This document shows positions 51,972 to 64,000 of a stretch of 64,000 nucleotides of DNA, in pieces. The DNA lies in NCBI RefSeq assembly GCF_018977255.1, contig NW_024704742.1, positions 114,392,001-114,456,000 on the forward strand, in the 5' to 3' direction. The translations under genes were made by a program, and so were the position numbers. This DNA comes from Callorhinchus milii. Taxonomy: Eukaryota. Under the pieces are notes generated by a model. It saw only the letters and a list, made by a program, of their open reading frames with translations, was not told the DNA's origin and made no database searches. The first letter of the stretch is position 1, and each line of letters begins with the position of its first letter.

Positions 51972-53229
51972 GGAAAGATTCCAGATGTAGGTCTTGTGGG
52001 GTCAAGTCGAGTGGCATAATTTTCGTTGCCTTTGTCTGGGGTCCAAAACAAATGGATTCTTCGCTGTTATTAAATCCTCTGGTGTTCGGTAACGCTACAC
52101 CCCCTAAAAAGAAACATTTGTTTTCTCTTTTTAAGTGTGGGACGAAGCAAAGGAGGAGAAAATCCCCCCTAAATTAAGCCGCCAGCAACATTGGCGGGTG
52201 ACTAATTGATTCTATACTTTTTCCAGAATATTTCAGTGATTTTTTTTTGCATAAATTCTGCACAGACACTCGTGTTTCGCAGGATTTTAATATTTTGCTT
52301 CTTATTGCGCTCTGAAATGTTACACACGAAGGGTGCAATATAAATGCAAGTTGTTGTTTACTGACTTTCAAACACATTTTTCCCCTGACGGGTCACTCCA
52401 ACTCTACCTTGGATGTGGGAGGTGGAGATATTACTCTGTGGATGTCATTCCCTGATCAGCAAACAAAAAATGTGGGTTGAGGAGGCAAAAGAAACCGACA
52501 ATGTTATTTTTCACTCTATGTTTTGCGAGCCCGAAAGAGTTTCCAGGAACAGGTAAACGACTCAGAGTGACAGACTGTGACCAAAATGGTTGTGCTTGGA
52601 GGGCAGGGAATCAACTGTAGAGGATAGTTTGGTTTTGCTTTCTTTGCTCTTCCCCCCCTCCCTTTCAAGTTAGGTCATCACATTCACAGTGGAGATGATT
52701 TCTCCCTAGGCACTTCAATAGATGTTATTAATATTCCTTGGTTGACTCATCAGGACAAAAAAATGAGCAGTGCAAAAGGTATCATCAGCTAGTTTTCCTT
52801 TCCTCCACTGTACATCCCATCTACAATTGGTTAAATTCACTACATTGCAAAAGTCCAAGTGGAAATGTCATTCAAACCTGATATTTAAATGTCACGTCAA
52901 GAATTCAATGCTTTGCATTGTAGCTTTTTAAATAATTTCAGCTCTCTAAAGGGAAAGCAGTTTATGTTTCATAATAAACTACAGATTTGTATAATTCCTT
53001 AAAATAACAGATAAAGAAATTTTAGTTTATGTGAAGGGATACACAATGGGAAACAATGGAATTATCGTTGAATTCCTTTGTTCCCCATTGGGTATTCTGT
53101 TGATATATTCTGCTTTGTATTTTCTTTGGAATGAAGTAATTTAGCATATCTTTATTGTTTTCTTAGTTTTCACAAATATTATTACAAGAATGGAATGCAT
53201 TTTAACCCTTTAACTGCAGGCAGGTTCTA

Positions 53230-53945
53230 TAACAACTACAACAACCAAATTACATTTGAAAGTGCCTTCCATGTCGGGAGGACGTCCCAAGGCGCTGAAC
53301 AGTCAGGGATCGGGGCTCGAGAGTGGCGATGCAGGATTGGGATGAGGGAGGGCGGAGAGGTAGGAGGGAGACTGACGGCACGGTCGAAAAGGAGGGTCTT
53401 GAGTTGTGTCCTGAAGGAGGCAAGAAAGGGAGCAAAGCGAAGGGATTGTGGGATGGAGTTTCAAAGAATGGGGGCAGAGAGGCTGAAAGCCCGGCCACTG
53501 ATGGTAGGGCGGGTCTGGTGGGAGACAGGGAGCAGGCAGGAGCCTGCTGATCGGAGGGAGCAGACTGGTTGATAGCGTAACCCTATCAGGTCAGAGATGT
53601 AGGAGGGGCAGGACCGTGGAGGGCCTTGAAAGTGAGGATGAGGATTTTGAACTCTATCCACTGAGGGAATGGGGAGCCAGTGGAGCCGGGCGAGGGTGGA
53701 GGCGATGGGGTCACGGAGCCCGGTGCGGGAGAGAAAATGAGCTGCAGCATTCTGGATGATCTGCAGCTTGCGGAGGGAAGAGTTGGGGAGGGCGACAAGA
53801 AGGGAGTTTCCATAGTCGAGCCTTGAGGTGACGAATGCGTGTATGAGGGTTTCGGCGGCCTGAGGAGTGAGGCAGTGGCGGAGTCGGGCAAAGTTGCAGA
53901 GGTAGGGCAAGGCAGAGCGGGTCAAGGCATGGATGTGGGGGAGAA
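53230..53945 (-). mobile_element. L2 3' fragment
   Basis: ORF 53461-53925 contains SRLDYGNSLL, LQIIQNAAA and LARLHWLPI; (TTG)n tail at about 53230. Confidence 0.92.
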
Positions 53946-54104
53946 AGAACAGTTAATTAAAATCAGGACAACCGATTATTTTCAACTCCCACACTGTAAC
54001 GCTCAAAATAATGCTAACAGGAATACTGCCACCACATCAGCAGTAGCTTTACTATGTAGGGTTAACTTAAACATCAAGCATAAAGTCCCAAGTTGCTATT
54101 CAAG

Positions 54105-54600
54105 ATTTTTTTGGGGTAGGTTGGGTGTCTGACTCATGTGGAAAAACATCACCACTCTTAAGAATACCCAAACCATTCTGGAAGTTCCATGTCTGCCGCC
54201 TACACATGGGAATTTCTGTCTGGAATGGAATACTCGCTCCCTCCCCGGAGGAACTTCTCCCCCTGAGACATTACGCGTCCTTCACGCGTAACGTTTCACA
54301 GCGCAATTAGTAACAACCTGTTCCCAATGCCCTGGAGGGTATCAGGAACAGGTTGGCAAGAGCCAAGGTTTGGGGACCCCAGAATGTGAATTGGTGTGCT
54401 GCTGGAGTTTAACCAGCTAAAACCACACAGCTTGCCATTGAAAGCACTGCCTGGCAAACTCATTGTTTATCCAGCTATGACCAGTCTACCTGTTAAGGGT
54501 TTGTCTTGCCAGATTAACGGGAGCTGAGTGGAAAGAATCCCTGCCATCAGTCTGCCCTTCCATGTTCTGTCAATGAGCCATTCTGGTTGGCCTGTCATTA
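54105..54600. repeat. Unclassified dispersed repeat, copy 3 (opposite orientation)
   Basis: Reverse complement blocks: ggggaccccagaatgtg, gctgctggagttt, cagctaaaaccaca, ctacctgttaagggttt, attaacgggagctgagtgg. Confidence 0.75.
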
Positions 54601-55506
54601 GCAGTTCACTAGAATTAGTACTGCAGACTCTCTTGGCTCAGGAACTGGACATAACATAACTACTGAGACTACCACAGAAATTGATAGTGCTATTTTCAAT
54701 AAAAAGTTTTATTTCTTTGTCTCTTGTTTTAGTCCAACATTTTCCTATCCTTTCTCTCCTATAAGTTATCTTTAGCTTCTGTCTTCCCAACCCCACTTGG
54801 GAGTTCAGTCCAGATTGAAACATTTGCAATAAATCATCCATAAAATGGCTCCAAGCCCCATATTTTTGAGCCAATTGAATGGCAGTGATCTCAAGATTGT
54901 CACATTATAAATGTTTTTTTTCAGCATCTAAAGAAGGGAAGGAATTGCCAATCATTGCATATACGATCAGTAGCATCCAGGAGAATAGCATGCACGGTCG
55001 AATGGACCATAGTACACAAAGGGTTAATATTCCCTTCGATGTCATGTTAGTGTTTCTCAACTCCCCCAGAGGTTACCATTTTGAAAATCTCTTAAACAGA
55101 GGATTCAACGGAATCACAGCGAGAATAGTGTGTACTCACCCTTACATAAATCCCAGGCAATTTATTTATTTTCCATCTGTTGGTTTTCTTCAGTAATTGT
55201 AGTTACAAGCCTCGATAGGGGAGCTATCCTTCCATACATTTTACAGGAGTAGACATACTGGAGTGACAGCTGGCAAGTAGATTCTCTTGCAATGCATCTG
55301 CTCTGCCTCATTGGTGGCAATGGGATGTGTTTAAAGAATAATTGATGGAACTTTTTTTTCTCTCTATCATTCTTCAGCCTCTGCTAAATACTGTTTTAAA
55401 AAAACTACCCTCAATGTATCTGTAAGAAGACTGAACCCATTAATACCTATGATGTGGAACACATTAGCTTCAAGGGAATCATCTTATCCTACATTATTTG
55501 AGCAGG

Positions 55507-55883
55507 TGTCAGCCTGACTCAGTTGAATCAGGAAATTGTGGGTTCAAGCCCTATGTTGGGAGTTTGAACTCACGGTTGACGTTGACATTCTAATACAGTG
55601 TTGCGGGTGCGCTGCATTGTTCAAAGTGTGAAGCAAGGTCCCGTTTGCTTGTTCAGGTGGACATTAAAGATCCCATGGCACTATTTGAAAAGAGGTGTAC
55701 TGGCCTCCAGATAAAATTGATCATTCACTTCATGGCTCTTTTCAGGACATTGCTGTGCACAAATTGGCTACCATGCTTGCCTATAAACATACTTACTCAT
55801 TACACTTTACAGAAAATTCAATGGAATGCTTTGAGAAACCTTGCCATGTGAATGGCATTTTTCAAATGTAAGAATTAGTATTA
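55507..55883 (+). mobile_element. Deu-domain tRNA-SINE
   Basis: Head gggttcaagccc, core caggtggacattaaagatcccatggcactatttgaa, tail. Confidence 0.82.
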
Positions 55884-56387
55884 TATCTTCTCTATAGTGG
55901 ATGAGTACTGGGCTCCTATTATATCATGACAAAAATACTTAAGCCTGAACTAAAATTCTTCTTTAGTATTAAATTAATTGTGTTTTTTTTATTGAGAAAC
56001 AGGTGAAAGGCCAACGCTATACTGCAGTATGACACCAACGATGAAAAGAGTTGTTGATATATTGAGATAAATCAAGAAGTAATGGTTAAATGATAACAAG
56101 CTTGATGTTTTGAAAAAAATAGATTATAGGAAGAGAGAAGACCTTGAAAGACAAGGAGTTTCATAGTGTTGAGATCTTGGGAAGAATGAGTTAGAGTAGG
56201 AAACAATATGATGAGTTTTGATTGCAAAACAGTAAGGTTATAGCAAGAAGGAAGAATATGTAGGATGACAATTTGGAGCTTAGGGAACACTAAATCATAG
56301 CTCAGAAGCGCAAAGATCAAATATTAGCAATGGTGAAACACAACAACTTGCATTTGTATAGCGCCCTTCACATGGGGTAGCATGTCA

Positions 56388-57138
56388 GGCCAGTCAGGAA
56401 CCTGCGTATCTTGTTTGACGCTGAACTGTCCTTTCTCCCCCACATCCGCGTCATGACCAGCACTACCTACCACCGCCTCCGCAACATTGTCAGACTCCAC
56501 CACTGCCTCACCCCTCAGGCTGCCGAAACCCTCACCTGTGCATTCGTCACATCAGTACTTGATTACGGGAACTCCCACCTCATCGGCCTTCCCAACTCTT
56601 CTCTTCACAAACTGCAGATCATCCAAAACTCTGCAGCTCGTGTACTCTCACGCACCAGGCTCCGTCACTCCCACCCTCACCCGCCTCCACTGGCTCCCCA
56701 TCCCCCAGAGAATTGAGTTCAAGATCCTCGCCCTCACCTTTAAGGCCATCCATGGCCTTGGCCCCTCCTACCTCTCTGACCTGCTGACTCCCTACCAACC
56801 TGCCCACTCCCTCCGCTCATCGGGCTCCGGCCTCTCCATGTCTCCCACCCGACTCGCCCTACCATCGGTGGCCGGGCTTTCAGCCTCTCTGCCCCCACAC
56901 TCTGGAATGCCATCCCACGGTCCCTTTGCCTCGTTTCTTCCCTTGCCTCCTTCAAGGCTGGTCTCAAGACCCTTCTCTTCGACCGTGCTTTCGGTCTCCC
57001 TCCCACCTCTCTGCCTTCCCTCATGCCTACACCACCTCTCCCCCATGCTTGGGCCCTGACACCTGACTGTTCAGCGCTTTGGGACATCTTCCCGACGTGA
57101 AAGGCGCTCTATAAATGTAATTCTGCTGTTGTTGTTGT
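56388..57138 (+). mobile_element. L2 3' fragment
   Basis: LDYGNSHLIGLP, LHWLPIPQRIEFKIL and an L2 tail ending gttgttgttg. Confidence 0.92.
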
Positions 57139-57682
57139 AACATCCCGGAGCAATGTACAAGGATTGTTAGCGAAAGAGAGAAAAAATTGGAGGCTAGAGA
57201 TAAAACAATGATCATCTATCAAAGTATGAAAAGAGTTCTAGAAGGCCCTCTCCAGATAAGGACACAGCATTGAAATACTCATTGGCAGGAATAGGCTAAA
57301 TATTACTTTTTATCATTGGTTTAGGCGGTAAAGTCATCTTAGAGTATAAATCTAAGCCAAACACTTGTAGGTTTAAGCTATAGGTGCCAAGGCAAGACTG
57401 TTTGTATTGTACAATACAAAATTACATTTGTATAGCGCCTTTCATGTCAGGAGGACATCCCAAGGCGCTGGATGAATATTGTATTGTTCAGTCTTGGTTT
57501 AGCTGAATTAGCTGATCTCAGCGAGAGCAACGATAGGGATGGTTCTCCAAAGTGGCCACAGCTTCCATGACTTGCGAGGGAAACATTAGCCAGAGGTCCT
57601 TCTTTTGATTAATACATAGTTAATCCTGGCGGAAACTGCCTATGTGAACATGAGGACAGGATTGAGTTTAGCTTTGGTTACT

Positions 57683-57927
57683 CGCACAGGATTTTTTTCA
57701 CTCAAAGGGTTGCGGAAATCTGGAATTCCTTTCCCCAAAAGGCTATGGATGCTGGATCAATTGGAATTTTCAAGACTAATGTCAATATATATGTATTAGG
57801 TAAGGGTATCAAGGGATATGGAGAAAAGGCAGGTAAATGGAGGTGAGGTATAGATCAGCCATGATCCAGTAGAATGGTGAAACAGGCTCGAGGGGCTGAA
57901 TGAGCAACTCCTGTTTCTGTGTTCCTA
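57683..57927 (+). mobile_element. CR1 3' end
   Basis: ttcactcaaagggttgcggaaatctggaattc...gatcagccatgatc...ggctcgaggggctgaatg...ctcctgtttctgtgttcct. Confidence 0.85.
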
Positions 57928-59483
57928 GGATTACTATTGTAATAACGCATGATCAGTCAGGTAAAGTTAAACTGTCTCATGACAGTCTGATTCTAGGTCG
58001 TAGTGAGTGAACAAGTCAAAACTTGATGAATTCTGCTGCACAGTGATGAGAAGATCTGACTTTGAAGGATCAAAAAGCAATATTGCTATGGACACCATAA
58101 GCCAGTTATTCATGTTGTAACATTTCTGACACCTGCTTAAGATGCAAAAAATTAGAAGGATTTATTTTCCAGGCTGATATATCAAGAATGTCTGTTGGGG
58201 TAAGGTTTTGTGGATCTGCATCTTGTGCCTTCAGGGGAGGAAGCGACACATTCTGTGGCACAAAAAGAGACAAAGGTATTGTTAAATTTTATAATTAGTA
58301 TTAATGTATTTTCAAATTGTTCATTGGCTGATTAATGGAAATCAAAGCCATTCATACTAATTCAAATTCAGTTTTGCATGTTATAAAGATACGGCTTCTG
58401 CAATAAAACCTTGGAACACAACAGAGCTATGGTCATTCCTTGTATTTAAATGGTACCAATGTTTCAGCAATTATCTCTTACACAGAACTTTTCTGTGTTC
58501 TTTGTACATGCGATAATATGAATTTACACAAATACCTCTAATGACCACAAATGTGCATATATTTTTACATTCGGTCTTTCATCCAAATGATGGTATATTC
58601 CATTCTTCAATCAAACATTACTATAAATTTTCAATCAGGATAACACTTCATTTCGTATAATGCCTTTAATGTCAGGAGGACTGGGAAAAAAANCACAAAC
58701 AGTACGTTCTTTTGGGCAACTGAAATATCTGGCTCTGACTCATAGAGCTGAAAATTCTTAGAAGAATTCAATACTCACAGAAACAAATGGTTCATTGGGT
58801 TATAGCAAAATATTTGCTGCAGTTTTGTGCCAAGATGAAAAGTTGCAAAGATTCCGTGGAAAAGAGGTCTGGTGTCTAACCCTTTATGTTACGTTTAGGG
58901 AACCTTGTTCTTTCCACAAAGATCACAAGACACTTTTGGATGAAGGTCATTGGGACAATTTGACTTTATACTTGCAGAATATTGAACCTAACATTTTCCC
59001 ATTAAAGCTTTGAGCTGCTATTAAGTGAGTCTTAAATGCAAATTTTCCGAACCTCTACAAATTTTCCCAGTGACCCACCCCAGGTATGTTTAACTTTGTG
59101 TGAAGAAATATTTCTTGGTGCCTGGTTTGAAATTGCTTTGGCAACTGTGACCTCTTGTCTTCTGCTTAACATATTTGAAAATATTGTTCAGGAATGCTCT
59201 TACCTTGTATACTTAGAATTGATGAGACTCTCAGCTGTAATATTGTAAAACAGTATAAAAACTAGGAGAATGGGGATTGGGTGACCACTGCATTACTTGC
59301 AGACACCCAAAAGGTCCAGTATAATGTGGGATGGAGAACATAATCACCAGCTGAATTGTGTTGGAACTCCAATAGCGAGACCACCTTGAGAAGATTATTT
59401 TTCAGCAATTCAATTCTTATGACTTTATAAATTCATCGATTTCAAATCAAGTCTGTCTGCCTTTTATGTTATTGTGGATTGTG

Positions 59484-59580
59484 AAGTAAGGAAACTTACC
59501 CAACGTTTCGCCCTGCCGGGAATCACACCAAGGTCTCTCGCTTGCGAGTTGAGGAATCTAACCACTGAGCTATAGGACCC
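59484..59580 (-). mobile_element. Head-only fragment of the young tRNA-SINE
   Basis: gtaaggaaactt...ctaaccactgagctataggacc matches the SINE 5' region. Confidence 0.8.
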
Positions 59581-60570
59581 AAATGTAAAAGTTTAACATC
59601 AACTTTTTTTAACAGGTGATATAGCCTGATGTTTAGTAACTCACCGACCAATTAACCCTGACTCCATCATGTTTAAATTGTTTAGGAAAATTTAAAATGC
59701 AGTTTTCCTTGTTAAATTACAGAAGTGGCTAAACATTTTCTCTGTTTATTGCCCATTGATATAATTCTGGATGGATTTTCAGTTGAAATAAACTTTCCAG
59801 TAAAATGTACCATTCAGAACACTTCATTCTACAATAACATCCTATCTGGTTAGCAGATGCAGAATTGTTCAAGGTAATGCTGGAAAACATCCATCTGGAC
59901 CTTTTATATGAAGAGAAAAACCTGGTTCATCTTTGGGTTAGAAGGCATTGCTACCGAATGAAAGATTTTGCTAGTGCCCTTGGCTGAAGAATTGTAACAT
60001 TAAGAAATGGATTTCTTCAGGAAAAGTACAGGTAACATGTCAGAAATTCACATCAGAGAACTTAACTGCAGAAATTTACATTTGCTTTCGGATAGGGTGA
60101 GTTCTCCTTTGAAAAACATTGATGTTTTGTGGCAAAAAGCATCTGCCATATTTATTTATAGGCAGAGAAGAATGCCCCTTACAGTGTTGACAGATATGTT
60201 TTGTGCACAAAAACTGCTTTAATTCACCATAAACATGTTATCATGGTCAACTAAAATTGTAAATGTATGCATGTATGCATTGAATATATTTTGGTTGTCA
60301 TGGCCCTTCTTGTTTACCTTTGCTACAGTTGCTGGTGGAACATATTTACTTCATATCTACAAGGGGCAGAAAACCCCCAAGGGAGTATTTACATATCTTT
60401 GTAGGGAGACGCCAAGCAGGTACAGAAGTATTACATTGAACTCTCCACTTGAGAATGTGGGCCTTCATTCAACAATTCGATCTGGTTTCTAGGCAATACT
60501 TCTGCATTTCAATCGATTATGTAAAGTAGGAAAATCAGACATTCGAGACAAATCACTTCCTATATCAGTT

Positions 60571-61500
60571 ACAACAACAACAACAAGATTACATTTGTAA
60601 AGTGCCTTTTGTGTCGGGAGGACGTACCAAGGCGCTGAACAGTCAGCGATCAGGAACCGACCGTAGGGGGCAGGGTTGGGATGAGGGAGGGCAGAAGGGA
60701 TAGGAGGGCAGCTGAAGGCAAGGTCAAAAAGTAGGGTCTTGAGTCGTGCCTTGAAGGAGACAAGAGAAGTAGTAAAATGAAGGGAATGTGGGATGGAGTT
60801 CCAAAAAGTGGGGGCAAAGAGGCTGACAGCTCAGCCACCGATGGTAGGTCGGGCGGGAGACATGGAGCAGTCCGGAGCCTACTGAGCAGAGGGAGTGGAT
60901 AGGTTGATAGGGGGTCAGCAGGTCAGAGATGTAGGAGGGGGCAAGGCCGTGGAGGGCCTTGAAAGTGAGGACAAGCATTTTGAATTCTATCCTCTGAGGG
61001 AAGGAGAGCCAGTGGAACCGGGCAAGTGTGGGGGTGATGGGGTCATGGAGCCTGGTGCAGGAGAACTGCAGCTTCTGGATGATCTGCAGCTTAATAATAA
61101 TAATTCTTGCATTTGATACAGCACTTTTCACGTCTTCTAGACATCCCAAAGCGCTTCACAAAATATACTGTAAAGTGAATTGACTGTATATTTGTGGGCG
61201 AAACACGGCCGCCAATTGCGCACAGCGATGTCCCACAAACAGTCGTGGATTGAAAATGACCAATTTATTATTGTTTTGATTTTTGGAGGGATTATTATTA
61301 GGCGTGTGGAGTAAGGAAACTTGCCCAAGGTTTCGCCCTGCCTGGAATTGAACTCAGGTCTCTCACTTGCAAAGCGAGTGCTCTAACCACTGAGCTACAG
61401 GACTCCACAACTTGTGGAGGGAAGAGTTGGGAAGGGCCATAAGGAGGGAGTTTCCGTAGTCGAGCGTTGAGGTGACGAATGGTTAGGCATGGATTATGAT
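60571..61500 (-). mobile_element. L2 3' fragment interrupted by a SINE at 61093-61407
   Basis: LARFHWLSFPQRIEFKMLVLTFKALHGLAPSY; L2 resumes at about 61408 (cttgtggagggaagagttggg). Confidence 0.9.
61093..61407 (-). mobile_element. Full-length young tRNA-derived SINE (about 315 bp) with (ATT)n tail
   Basis: Minus-strand head gtcctgtagctcagtggttagagcactcgctttgcaagtgagagacctgagttcaattcc has A and B boxes and resembles tRNA-Ala(TGC). L2-type tail; TSD-like cagctt/caactt. Confidence 0.92.
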
Positions 61501-64000
61501 CACCATGAAGTGACATCCATGGAGATGTCCACAAGCTAGTTTGTGGTGGGCTATTCATGATAACAACAACAACTTGCATTTATATAGTGCCACTCACGCA
61601 GGTTAGCATCCCGGAGAGCTTGATAGGACAATAATAATAATAATAATAATCCTTGCATTTGATATAGCGTTTTTCACGTCTTCTCGATGTCTCAAAGCGC
61701 TTCGCAGAATAGACTGTAAAGTATAGATAAAGTATAAAGGTTAGGATATGATAGGAAGTCAATAGCATTGATGCAGTGGAACAAGTTGCTAAATTGAGAA
61801 AATAGGGAAAGATACATTTTTATTTTAAATGTGATGGTACGTAAAGATGCATTGGGGTGAAAAAATTGTCAGTGCATCCATTTCAAATGAATGATGCTCA
61901 TTCCTATACACTGAACTTCAGTTACAGGAGAAACAGTGCAAGACTCCTGTGCTGTGCAGACAGAAAACAACAAATATGTCTTTATCTTAGTGTCTGAAGT
62001 GGACATACTGCTTTTGAATGACATTCTACTAATACTTTATCTGAGACTTGGCCAAATATGAGGTATAATTGAATTTGAATGAATATGAGAAATAAGTCTT
62101 CTTTTGTGTTCACTGCTTTGCCAGGATGCCATAATGTGCTTCTTTGCAACAGAAATATACGCTCATATTTATCTTATAAATAATAATAATAATTTGCAGT
62201 TATATAGAGCTTTACATGTAAACTAAACATCCCAAATTGCTTTACAAAATATAATTGATTACCAATGAAAGTGAATGTTGTTACTCATAGGCAAACGTGG
62301 CAACCAATCTACTTAATTGAGCAATAAAATGGCTAATGTAACATTTCACTTTTTTTAATTGTATTGTGTAAATTAAGTATAGTTTAGATAAATCAATGTA
62401 GCATTTTTTTTACTGCTCCAAGCTTAAAAGTTAACATTTACAAATGTATGTAATCAGCTGCATTTCAGGATCTCATACATATATGATTCATATGAGTTAT
62501 TTTTAGAGTCAAGGTACAATATCAGATGTTGACCATCCCATGTTGGAAACAGTTAGCTTTATTAATATGTACAGTTCTACATTTTTGAGAATGGAGGAAG
62601 ACTTGGTCTTTCACTGCTTTATCCTGTGCTCCAAAAGCTAACAATGATATGTGCAACCAGAACAACTTTAATTGATCCTCAATCCACACAACAGCAAGAA
62701 ACCTCATCATCACTCAAAGGTATTATAAAGTCAGCCTACGCTAAGTAACAAGGTTTATCTAATTGTTGCAGTAATACTAATTTTGAAATATCTGGTTATG
62801 TGTGTGAATAGAATGATAATTTTAGCAAAATGTATTGTACCCTTCTTGATGTGAAGTCTACAGAATGGTCATTTAATCCTCACCATTGTTGTTTGTGTGC
62901 TCTACAATTTGAGTTAGACAGATCTTCTACATCAAATAGTGGGGCACATCAAGCTTCCTCTTCTCCTCAATGAAATAATAAATAATCGCTTACTTCCTCT
63001 GCTGGTTCAATTATTTCCTTTTTAGGAATTACTTATTCTACAGACTATGCTTCTTCTTTGCATTACTGATGATGAAGTGTTTTTACTGTACTTGAAAATG
63101 TTAAACTTTTTCAATGCTTTTTCTTGGAACAAGAACTATATCAAGATGTCATAGCAAGGTACTATATCAAATGCAAGGATTCTTATGATTATTACTTACT
63201 ATTGCATAATGCTGCTAGCAGTCCTCAGCACCAATGTAGTTGCAGGGCTATAACAAAAACAACGACTTTTATATAGTGCCCTGCATGTGGGGTAGTATCT
63301 CGGGAGTGCTTAATAATAGCCTGGTTTGATACTGAGACAAGGCGGTGACTGTGGGCATGGTCGAAGAGGAAAGTCTTCAGGTAGATAGGGAAAGATTGAG
63401 GCAGGGAGTTCCAATACCTATCTCATTTGCTTGACTTTACTTTAAAAAAGCAGAAGTGATAAGAAATGGAAAAGAGGAGCAGGAAGAGCTTCTGAATGTC
63501 CATTTCCAGTTTCCTTGCTCTTCAACCTTTTCTTAAAAGGCTTGGAGAGGGAGATCTTAGAGGTGAATAATACAAGGATAAACAGCATTCAAAGTACATA
63601 AGCCAGAGTGTGGCAGATGGATTTTAATATAGGTAACTGTGAGGTAATACATTTTGGAGCAAGAAGTGTTAAAATAGGAAAGGGAGATATCTGGGATTGA
63701 TTATTGTTTATTTACTGAAGATTTCCAGTCATTGTGAAGCTGGTGTCAACAAACGAATCAAATCCAAGGTTGCATCTTGTGGGTATTTGACCATATTTTA
63801 CATAGCTATTTTAACCTTCTCATATTAACATTGCTAATGGCATATATGGAATATTATAAGCAATTTTGGACACCTTCCCTTCAAAAACTGTCATTTGGAA
63901 AAGGTTCAGTGTGAATCCATGTATCGGAATTCTAAACCATTTGGATAGGATTGTAAAGTGAATTGTATTTTCCTTAGAAAATAAGACTGAGGTGGGGAAC

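Noticed and set aside
58795..59013. ORF segment HKDHKTLLDEGHWDNLT faintly resembles ATG10 (HECYKMRLLQGPWDTIT, recalled from memory), the divergent neighbour of SSBP2 in human
   Set aside because: No PLTL..IW upstream, no QQ plus GT donor downstream, and no other ATG10 exons found; most likely chance. tBLASTn would settle it.

Overview
Eukaryotic, AT-rich vertebrate genomic DNA. The repeat landscape (abundant L2 and CR1 LINE fragments, tRNA-headed Deu-domain SINEs with L2-type tails) points to a cartilaginous fish, probably a holocephalan such as Callorhinchus milii; this is inference, not verified. The only host gene I can support is the 5' part of an SSDP-family LDB1 cofactor gene, most likely SSBP2, on the minus strand. 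Coding exons 1-4 lie at 50867-50812, 25084-25012, 24125-24064 and 18103-18019, all with canonical GT-AG junctions. They splice into 92 aa ([92 protein letters not shown]), the LisH/LUFS domain. I found no exon 5, so it probably lies left of the window. A CpG-island promoter at about 50.4-51.3 kb is bracketed by a minisatellite and a long GTGA/GT array. Most ORFs in the supplied track are spurious or transposon-derived. I found no new protein-coding system. The best leads are non-coding: uORFs and paired RFX-like boxes in the SSBP2 leader, a covarying 3' stem-loop shared by SINE and L2 families with different loops, a degraded hAT-like element carrying a tandem array, several long hairpins, a 34-bp templated insertion, and nested or inverted retroposon insertions.
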